From the NCBI GenBank assembly GCA_036381415.1, contig DASVCV010000002.1:20091-84090 (forward strand): 64,000 bases of DNA. The letters run 5' to 3'. Below, piece after piece: positions 56,971-64,000 of the stretch (positions within the stretch are counted from its first letter, which is position 1; every line of letters begins with the position of its first letter). The notes beneath the pieces were generated by a model. That model saw only the letters and a program-made list of their open reading frames with translations, was not told where the DNA came from and made no database searches. Source of the DNA: Patescibacteria group bacterium. Lineage in GTDB: Bacteria; Patescibacteriota; Microgenomatia; UBA8517. The position numbers were made by a program, and so were the translations under genes.

Positions 56971-58308
56971 ATGCAAGCAAATGAAGTAAGAGAAAAGTAT
57001 TTAAAGTTTTTTGAAAAGAGGGGCCACAAGCGAATTGACCCGGCTTTACTTGTTTTAAAAGAAGACCCTACAACTTTGTTTACCTCTTCTGGAATGCAAC
57101 CTTTGGTTCCTTATTTAATGGGAAAAGATCATCCAGAAGGAAAAAGACTGGTTGATTCACAACCTTCTTTAAGGGCACAAGACATAGAAGAAATTGGAGA
57201 CAACCGTCATCAGACTCTTTTTGAGATGCTAGGGAACTGGAGTTTAGGAGATTATTTTAAAAAAGAACAGATCCCTTGGTTTTATGAATTTATGACTGGT
57301 GAACTTGGACTTCCAAAAGATAAGCTTTATGTGACTGTCTTTGAAGGGAATGACCAGGTTCCTAAAGATGAAGAAACTCATGATCTTTGGAAATCTTTGG
57401 GGATAGCAGAAGATCACATTTATTTTTATGGAGACAAGAAGAACTGGTGGAGTAGGGCTGGTACTCCTGATCAGATGCCTGATGGAGAAATAGGAGGACC
57501 TGACTCTGAAGTATTTTTTGAATTTGGTTCTGTGAAACATGACAAGAAGTTTGGAGACAAATGTCATCCAAACTGTGATTGTGGAAGGTTTTTAGAAATT
57601 GGCAACTCTGTTTTTATGCAATACAAAAAGCAAGCTGGGAAACTTGTTGCATTGCCTAAGAAAAATGTGGATTTTGGTGGAGGGTTAGAACGTCTGACTG
57701 CTGCAACCAATAATAATCCAGATACTTTTAGTACAGATTTGTTTTCTATGATTATTGAGGAAATCGAAAAGGCTTCTGGGAAATCTTATGGAGAAGAGAA
57801 AAACAAAGGAGCAATAAGAGTGGTTGCGGATCACATGAAGGCTGCTACTTTCTTAATTAAAAGCGGAGTGGTGCCTTCTAATAAATATCAAGGATATATT
57901 TTGAGAAGACTTCTTAGGAGAGCTGCACTTAAGATGAGAGATCTGAAAGGTGAAATAAACGGAAATGTTTTAGCAGGAGTTCTTGATGCAGTAGTTTCTA
58001 CTTATAAAGGTGTTTATTTTGATGAGAAAGATAATGTAGGAAGCTACAAAGATATTGTAAGAGAAGAAGTAGGAAAGTTTGCTAAGAATGTTGAAAAGGG
58101 GTTAAGCAAAATGGAAAAAGTGAGGAAAGAAGATATTAATGCAAAGTTTGCTTTTGATCTTTTTCAGTCAGAAGGATTTCCTTTTGAAATTACTCAAGAG
58201 CTTGCAGCTAAAAAAGGTGTTAGGCTTTTAAGAGAAGAATTTGAAAAAGAGATGGAAAAGCACCAGAATATATCTAGAGAAGGATCAGGGGTATTTAAAA
58301 TAAAATAA
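56971..58308 (+). CDS. alaS: Alanine--tRNA ligase, aminoacylation domain only
   Basis: LFTSSGMQPL, HQTLFEMLGNWS, EIGNSVFMQY, DFGGGLER, GYILRRLLRR; 445 aa with no editing domain. Confidence 0.93.
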   Translation: MQANEVREKYLKFFEKRGHKRIDPALLVLKEDPTTLFTSSGMQPLVPYLMGKDHPEGKRLVDSQPSLRAQDIEEIGDNRHQTLFEMLGNWSLGDYFKKEQIPWFYEFMTGELGLPKDKLYVTVFEGNDQVPKDEETHDLWKSLGIAEDHIYFYGDKKNWWSRAGTPDQMPDGEIGGPDSEVFFEFGSVKHDKKFGDKCHPNCDCGRFLEIGNSVFMQYKKQAGKLVALPKKNVDFGGGLERLTAATNNNPDTFSTDLFSMIIEEIEKASGKSYGEEKNKGAIRVVADHMKAATFLIKSGVVPSNKYQGYILRRLLRRAALKMRDLKGEINGNVLAGVLDAVVSTYKGVYFDEKDNVGSYKDIVREEVGKFAKNVEKGLSKMEKVRKEDINAKFAFDLFQSEGFPFEITQELAAKKGVRLLREEFEKEMEKHQNISREGSGVFKIK

Positions 58309-58310
58309 TT

Positions 58311-58736
58311 ATGGCAGAGGAGAAGAAAAAGGATTCAGGAGCAACGGGATTTTTAAACAAATACTGGTGGGTTTTACTTGGTGGGTGTGGTTGTATTGTT
58401 GTTATTCCATTTGTTATTGCTTTTGTTGTGGGAGTTTTGTTAGTTGCTGTAAATCCAGCTGCTCAGATTAACAAAGCAAAAGATGCAAGAAGAAGTAATG
58501 ATCAGGTTCATGTGCAAACGGCACTTGAGAGCTACTATATTGATAAGAGTGTATATCCAACTTCTTTAGATGAATTGGTACCGTACTATATGGCTCTTGT
58601 TCCAGTTGAAACTGATTCTCAGGTTGCTCCTTATAAATATACAGTTTTAGATAAAGGGATAAATTATCAGTTTTGTGTAACTTATTCATCTGGTGAGTTT
58701 AAGTGTGTTGACTCCAAAAGCGTTATAGGTAGATAA
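58311..58736 (+). CDS. Pilin/GspG-like protein with atypical N-terminus
   Basis: AVNPAAQINKAKDARRSND..ALESYYID..YPTSLDEL is pilin-like; no GFTLxE motif. Confidence 0.6.
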   Translation: MAEEKKKDSGATGFLNKYWWVLLGGCGCIVVIPFVIAFVVGVLLVAVNPAAQINKAKDARRSNDQVHVQTALESYYIDKSVYPTSLDELVPYYMALVPVETDSQVAPYKYTVLDKGINYQFCVTYSSGEFKCVDSKSVIGR

Positions 58737-58784
58737 TTTTCAATTTAATAACAGGCTTGGTCGTGCTACAATGATTCTTAACTC

Positions 58785-61031
58785 ATGGAAGAACATTTTT
58801 GGTCTTTAGCTCTTGAAACCGGCTGGGTGCAGGCGGCTATTTGGACGATTAAAGAAAAAGAAGCACATGTTGTTGCAGTTTCAAATGCAGTTGCTTGGGA
58901 AAGTGATGAAGACTTACTTAGTGCCTGTGACACAGTTCTTTCTTCCATAGTTTCAGGACTAGCTGAAAATGCAAAGGAACCTTCTAAGACTGTATTTGGT
59001 GTTCCACCTGGATGGGTAGGAGAAGGGCAAATTAAAAAAGAATATTTAGATAGAATTAGAAATATATGCCACAAATTATCTCTTGAACCTTCTGGGTTTG
59101 TAGTACTGCCTGAAGCTATTGCTCATTTCAAAAAATCTGAAGAGAATGCACCTGTTTCTGGAGTAATTGTTGGAGTAGGAACAGATGCATTAGATATTAC
59201 TGTTGTTAGACTTGGAACAATTATTGGAACAGTTAATGTGGGAAGAAGTTTGTCTGTTTTAGATGATGTTGTTGAAGGAATTGCAAGGTTTGGGGGGGCA
59301 GAGCCATTTCCTTCAAGATTTTTAATATATGATGGGAAGAGTGCTGAATTGGAAGATGTAAGGCAGGAACTTATAAAAGCGGATTGGACAGGTGAGCTTA
59401 AAACAAAAGCTAAGTTTCTTCATACTCCACAGGTGGAAATAGTTGATCCAAAAATGAAAATGGTTGCAGTGAGTCTAGCTGGAGCTAGTGAAATAGGGCA
59501 GGCAAATGTGGTTACTTTTGATTTGGGAGAAGAAAAGGCTGAAAAACTAAAAGAGGAAAAGCCAGAAATAAAAGTAGAACAACCTAAAGAGGATTTGAGT
59601 TCTCATGAGAATTTGAGTGAGGTGGCAAAAGCTACTGATTTTGGTTTTGTAATGGATCAAGATATAAATGAAGTTGCAGGTGCAACAAATCCTAACCCAG
59701 TTCAGACTTCAGCCAATACTCCTAGTTTTGTAACTTCTCCTCATCCAGTTTCTAACCCTTTTCCTCGTAATCCAATTAGTAAAATCAAGCATAATATAGT
59801 AAGGTTACCTTTGATTTTAAGCGGAGCTTGGCCGCTTTCAGCGGTGAAAGGAAAAATGGATCAAAGAAATAAAATTAGCATGCCTGGTGGAGAAGCTAGA
59901 AAGAAAATGCCTATTATTTTGGCAATAGCTGGGGCAGCTCTTTTGATATTTGGATTTATTGGATGGTGGTTTTTACCAAAAGCTGAAGTGACTATTTTTG
60001 TTTCTCCAAAAAAGATTGAACAAAAGCAGCTTATAACATACGATCCAAAACTTACTGATCCTGATATTTCAAAAAGACAACTTCCTATTTCAACTGTTTC
60101 CACTTCAGTAAGTGGAGATAAGACAAAATCTACAACTGGGACTTTAACTATTGGGGATAGGGCAAAGGGATCAGTTGTTATTAGAAATGGAGGATCAGAT
60201 GATATTGGTCTTACAGCTGGAACAATTTTAACAGGACCAAATAGTCTTAAATTTAGTCTTGATAATGGAGCTTCTGTTTCTGCTGCAACATCCCCATCAA
60301 ATCCTGGAACTGCAACAATTTCTGTAACAGCTTCTGGGATTGGAGCAGAATACAATTTGGCTAAGGGAGAAACACTTCAGGTGGGGAATTTTTCAAAAAG
60401 CCAGGTGGATGCTTTAGTGGATTCAGATTTTTCAGGTGGGTCAAGCCAGGAAGTGGTTGCAGTTTCCAAAGATGATTTATCAGTTTTGCAGAAAGATTTA
60501 ACTAGTGAATTGACTGAAAAAGCTCAAAACCAATTAAAGGAAAAACTTGGGGATGATGAGATACTGCTTGATCCTGCTACGATTGCAACAGCTTCTGGAA
60601 TAACTTATGATCATGTTGCAGGGGATCAGGCTTCAACACTTAAACTTAGTGAGAACTTAAGCCTTACCAGTTATGTAGTTTCAAAAAAGAATTTAGGGAA
60701 TTTGGCTAGGGATATTGTAAAAGGACAGGTGCCTAATGGGTTTGTTGTTAAGGATGATCAGATAAGTACTAATTTTGATACAAAATTGGGATTAGTTGAT
60801 GGAGTGTGGAAGCTAGATACTACATTTAATGTTAATTTGTTACCACAGATTAATACTGATGATATTGCTAAAAAAATTGCAGGCAAATCTCAAAAAGCAG
60901 CGCAAGAAATATTATCTAGGATAGCAGGTTATGTGAGAGCTGAGATACACCTGACAAAAGGTTTTCCCAGCTTTGGTACTTTACCTCATGTTGTTAAAAA
61001 TATTTCTGTTGAGTTGTCCTCAGAAAAATGA
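58785..61031 (+). CDS. Bitopic protein: N-terminal FtsA/PilM-like actin-fold region, TM, extracellular baseplate-J-like domain
   Basis: N-terminal pattern (FVVLPEAIAHF, IVGVG) resembles the actin fold; TM ending WWFLPKAEVTI; AKGSVVIRN, LTAGTIL and VTASGIGAEYNL resemble baseplate J. Confidence 0.6.
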   Translation: MEEHFWSLALETGWVQAAIWTIKEKEAHVVAVSNAVAWESDEDLLSACDTVLSSIVSGLAENAKEPSKTVFGVPPGWVGEGQIKKEYLDRIRNICHKLSLEPSGFVVLPEAIAHFKKSEENAPVSGVIVGVGTDALDITVVRLGTIIGTVNVGRSLSVLDDVVEGIARFGGAEPFPSRFLIYDGKSAELEDVRQELIKADWTGELKTKAKFLHTPQVEIVDPKMKMVAVSLAGASEIGQANVVTFDLGEEKAEKLKEEKPEIKVEQPKEDLSSHENLSEVAKATDFGFVMDQDINEVAGATNPNPVQTSANTPSFVTSPHPVSNPFPRNPISKIKHNIVRLPLILSGAWPLSAVKGKMDQRNKISMPGGEARKKMPIILAIAGAALLIFGFIGWWFLPKAEVTIFVSPKKIEQKQLITYDPKLTDPDISKRQLPISTVSTSVSGDKTKSTTGTLTIGDRAKGSVVIRNGGSDDIGLTAGTILTGPNSLKFSLDNGASVSAATSPSNPGTATISVTASGIGAEYNLAKGETLQVGNFSKSQVDALVDSDFSGGSSQEVVAVSKDDLSVLQKDLTSELTEKAQNQLKEKLGDDEILLDPATIATASGITYDHVAGDQASTLKLSENLSLTSYVVSKKNLGNLARDIVKGQVPNGFVVKDDQISTNFDTKLGLVDGVWKLDTTFNVNLLPQINTDDIAKKIAGKSQKAAQEILSRIAGYVRAEIHLTKGFPSFGTLPHVVKNISVELSSEK

Positions 61032-61714
61032 GAAGTAGTTTCTTCGTAAAAATACTAGCTATTGCTTGTGGAATAGGTGGAGTTGGAATTTTGGCTTGGG
61101 TTTTTTTACCAATCTTTTTTTATGAGTTTACTGCACCACCACTAATGTCTTATCTATCTCCACTTCCTGATAACACTCAAGCTGCAAATAGTACTAACGG
61201 AAGCTTTGATGATACTAAGGCAAGCAACTGGTTTGTGGGATCTAATCCATCTGATTTTAAAAAAGGAAGTGTTACTTTTTATAACTTATCAATTCCGAGA
61301 TTAGGAATTTCTGATGCTGTAGTTGCAGTTGGAGGAGAGGATTTATCACAATCTTTAATTCAATATCCTGGAACTGCCTTACCAGGCAGACCTGGGAATG
61401 CTACAATTTTTGGACATTCGGTACTTCCTCAGTTTTATAGTGCTACAAACTATCTAACTATTTTTTCAGACTTACCTAGCTTACAAAAGGGAGATGGAAT
61501 AAGTATAAGATCTGATGGAATAAGTTATGAATATAGAGTGGAGGAAAAATTTGAAGTACTACCTACTGATGTGCAAGTGCTAGAGCAAAATTTAAGTGAT
61601 TCATTTTTAACTTTGGTTACTTGTGTTCCACCTGGAGATCCAAGACGTCCAAGAAGGCTTATAATAAGGGCAAGGATTGTTCCTTTGCAAAATACAAATA
61701 CGGGACAGAATTAA
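61028..61714 (+). CDS. Sortase
   Basis: N-terminal TM, LSIPRLGI, PGRPGNATIFGHS (His), LTLVTC (Cys), RRLIIRA (Arg). Confidence 0.92.
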   Translation: MRSSFFVKILAIACGIGGVGILAWVFLPIFFYEFTAPPLMSYLSPLPDNTQAANSTNGSFDDTKASNWFVGSNPSDFKKGSVTFYNLSIPRLGISDAVVAVGGEDLSQSLIQYPGTALPGRPGNATIFGHSVLPQFYSATNYLTIFSDLPSLQKGDGISIRSDGISYEYRVEEKFEVLPTDVQVLEQNLSDSFLTLVTCVPPGDPRRPRRLIIRARIVPLQNTNTGQN

Positions 61715-61731
61715 ATTAAAACAAATTTAAC

Positions 61732-62106
61732 ATGAAAATTTTGGGAATTGATTTTGGATTAAAAAAATTAGGGTTAGCAATATCTGATGGAAAGTTGGCT
61801 GAACCTTATGCTGTTGTGAGATACCAAAATGAAGAAAAACTTATTAATCATTTGAAAGGAATTATTAAGAAAGAAGGTATAGAAGAGGTAATAGTTGGAG
61901 TGTCTGAAGGAGGAATGGGAGAGCAGTCAAAAAAGTTTGGAGAGAAGATTAGTGAGTTTATAAGAACTGAATACCAAGATGAGACATTAACTACACAGGA
62001 TGCAAATAATTTAGCTATTTCATCAGGTATTTCAAGGAAGAAAAGAAAAAGTATGGAAGATGCATATGCTGCTTCTTTGATGCTTCAGGACTACTTGGAC
62101 AGATAA
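61732..62106 (+). CDS. yqgF: RuvX/YqgF nuclease
   Basis: ILGIDFGLKKLGLAISD, DETLTT, EDAYAASLMLQDYL. Confidence 0.92.
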   Translation: MKILGIDFGLKKLGLAISDGKLAEPYAVVRYQNEEKLINHLKGIIKKEGIEEVIVGVSEGGMGEQSKKFGEKISEFIRTEYQDETLTTQDANNLAISSGISRKKRKSMEDAYAASLMLQDYLDR

Positions 62107-62163
62107 TTAAATGGCATTTTTTAGAGTCTTGCGTGGTATACTTAGATATCATAATATAGTCAC

Positions 62164-62364
62164 ATGTTTAAAAATGTAATATCACCAATTCAGGCGTGGC
62201 TTTTATCTCAGGGAAGATGTGTAGGATGTGGAATGCCTTTGTCTCAGGGAAAGGTTGAGAAGCACAAAGGGGGAGATGAAAAAATAACTTGTAAGTGCAA
62301 GAGAATTTATATTAGAGATGGAAAGACTAAAAGATATAGACGTGCACTTCTTGAAGAGGTCTAA
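62164..62364 (+). CDS. Small zinc-ribbon protein
   Basis: CVGC..CKC pattern in a 66-aa basic protein. Confidence 0.65.
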   Translation: MFKNVISPIQAWLLSQGRCVGCGMPLSQGKVEKHKGGDEKITCKCKRIYIRDGKTKRYRRALLEEV

Positions 62365-62385
62365 TTTAGGCTATACTTACTTCTA

Positions 62386-63366
62386 GTGAAGAAAAAACTT
62401 ACTTTAATTCCAGCTTTAATTTTGGTTTTACTTGTTGGTGGGGCTATTTTCGTCTCTTATCAACTCCGTGCTCCTAATACTAATAAAGGAACTCAAAGAT
62501 TTATTATTGAGAAAGGTAGTTCTGGAGCTGCAATTGCCAACAAGCTAGAAAAGCAAGGAATTATTAGAAATGGTTTAGTTTTTAGACTGTATACAAAGTT
62601 TACAGGGGTAGCTACTAGAATCCAGTCTGGAGAATATGAACTAAGTTCTAATCTTACTGTTCCAGTTTTAGTTGCAACTTTACTTAAGGGCCCAACTGAA
62701 GTTTGGGTAACAGTTCCTGAAGGATTAAGAAGGGAAGAAGTAGTACAAACCTTAATAGAGGATATGAAGCTTACTGGAACTAGAGCTAGTACTTTTTCTT
62801 CTGACTTTTTAAATGGAACTATTGGGAAAGAAGGGTATTTGTTTCCTGATACTTATTTAATTTCACTTGATGCTAATGCAAATAGTGTTATTAAAGTAAT
62901 GGAAAGTACTTTTGAGAAAAAATATGCAGATGCTTCCAAAACTCAAACAGCAAGTTTGAATCGTGAACAAGCAGTGATCCTAGCTTCTATTATTCAAAGA
63001 GAAGCAATAACGGCAGAGGATATGAAGGGAGTTGCTTCGGTACTTGAAAATAGGTTAGCAATTGGAATGGCATTGGGGTCTGATGTAACAGTGGAATATG
63101 GATTAGGATATGACCCAGTTGAAAAAACTTGGTGGAAAAAAGATCTGACTGCAGATGACCTTGCAATTAATAGTCCGTATAACACAAGGATAAATGCTGG
63201 TCTTCCTCCTACTCCAATTAGCAACCCAGGATTAGTTGCCTTAGAGGCAGCACTTAATCCGCCACAGACTAATTATTTGTATTATCTTTCTGATTCGGAC
63301 GGAAAACTTCATTTTGCGACAACCCTTGAGGAACATAATGCAAATATACAAAAATACTTACAGTAG
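62386..63366 (+). CDS. mltG: Endolytic transglycosylase MltG
   Basis: TVPEG, EGYLFPDTY, LASIIQRE, SPYNT, GLPPTPISNPG. Confidence 0.95.
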   Translation: MKKKLTLIPALILVLLVGGAIFVSYQLRAPNTNKGTQRFIIEKGSSGAAIANKLEKQGIIRNGLVFRLYTKFTGVATRIQSGEYELSSNLTVPVLVATLLKGPTEVWVTVPEGLRREEVVQTLIEDMKLTGTRASTFSSDFLNGTIGKEGYLFPDTYLISLDANANSVIKVMESTFEKKYADASKTQTASLNREQAVILASIIQREAITAEDMKGVASVLENRLAIGMALGSDVTVEYGLGYDPVEKTWWKKDLTADDLAINSPYNTRINAGLPPTPISNPGLVALEAALNPPQTNYLYYLSDSDGKLHFATTLEEHNANIQKYLQ

Positions 63367-63369
63367 GTA

Positions 63370-63398
63370 TTGACAGATGAATTGATGAGTTCTAGACT
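63370..63398 (+). promoter_or_regulatory. Sigma70-type promoter
   Basis: TTGACA-N17-TAGACT, 12 nt before the ATG at 63411. Confidence 0.65.
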
Positions 63399-63410
63399 TT
63401 CTTTTTAGAG

Positions 63411-64000
63411 ATGATTAAGGAAAGGATACGAGGAGGTTTAGATAAGCTGCAGGGAGCCGAAGGGCTCCTTTTTTTTGGACACAATGGGAAAGAAAAAAGT
63501 TATGGGACTATTGAGACTTCAGATGGGCAATTTATAGATGGAGAACCAAAAGAAGGACCCAAAGGACCTTATGACAGAATCATAAAATTTGGCTGCCAGA
63601 ATCATACAAAGGGAAAGATTGCTCCTGTTAAAAGATATACAAGAGGAAGATCTCCTAACCTTACTATTACTGGTTCTGAGGATGAATCTATTAAAGAAGC
63701 ATTGAAAAGTGTGAGCCACCTTGTAAATAATTCTGAGCATTCACATAGTAATGCAGAAGATAGATTAGTCTACCAGGAAACAATAATGCCTGTATTTGAA
63801 AAAAATACAATGGAGTTATATGAGGAACTTAAAAAACAAGGAGTTTTGGAAAATAATAACTATGTAATTTGCGGCCCTTTAAGAGGTGGAGAGTTCACTA
63901 TTGCTGCTTTAATTTACAATGCCCATAAAATTGGATGGGATATACCTTTTGACAGAATTGCCTGCTATGAACTTAAAAGGGTATTGATGGACAATGGAGA
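63411..64000 (+). CDS. Hypothetical protein, 3'-truncated by window edge; possibly phosphoribosyltransferase-like
   Basis: Frame is open from ATG 63411 to the end (MIKERIRGG...YVICGPLRGGEF); the PLRGG resemblance to PRTases is weak. Confidence 0.55.
   Translation, partial: MIKERIRGGLDKLQGAEGLLFFGHNGKEKSYGTIETSDGQFIDGEPKEGPKGPYDRIIKFGCQNHTKGKIAPVKRYTRGRSPNLTITGSEDESIKEALKSVSHLVNNSEHSHSNAEDRLVYQETIMPVFEKNTMELYEELKKQGVLENNNYVICGPLRGGEFTIAALIYNAHKIGWDIPFDRIACYELKRVLMDNG

Noticed and set aside
58785-61031. Prophage or contractile injection system
   Set aside because: No sheath, tube, capsid, terminase or integrase nearby, and the protein has a TM helix.
1-64000. UGA recoding (genetic code 25)
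   Set aside because: Conserved genes are full length under code 11, and TGA acts as the stop for nusA and the 58785 gene.

Overview
AT-rich, gene-dense chromosomal segment of a small-genome monoderm bacterium, inferred to be Patescibacteria/CPR and probably Microgenomates (short IF2, truncated AlaRS, AAA-only Lon, many GT-C glycosyltransferases, sortase, FemABX, LCP). It carries envelope glycosylation genes, metG with an overlapping free-standing LAGLIDADG gene, two UvrD-type helicases, a pilN-pilO-led surface-protein operon, hrcA-grpE-(orphan)-dnaK-dnaJ with two CIRCE operators, nusA-infB, rpsO-pnp, rnj-ftsK, a non-canonical P1B ATPase, alaS, sortase, yqgF and mltG. I saw no rRNA, tRNA or CRISPR. 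The best candidate for an undescribed system is at 25.3-30.0 kb: a tandemly duplicated pair of Cys-rich surface proteins (A and B). All four proteins have an odd cysteine count, made of even-Cys modules plus one lone Cys. In A it opens a C-terminal Ig-like domain that seems to lack its last strand. In B it lies in an isolated beta-strand upstream of an LPQAG sorting signal. This suggests a split-Ig, strand-complemented, disulfide-locked adhesin/anchor pair with exchangeable central modules. That model is inference from motifs read by eye; no searches or structure predictions were run.
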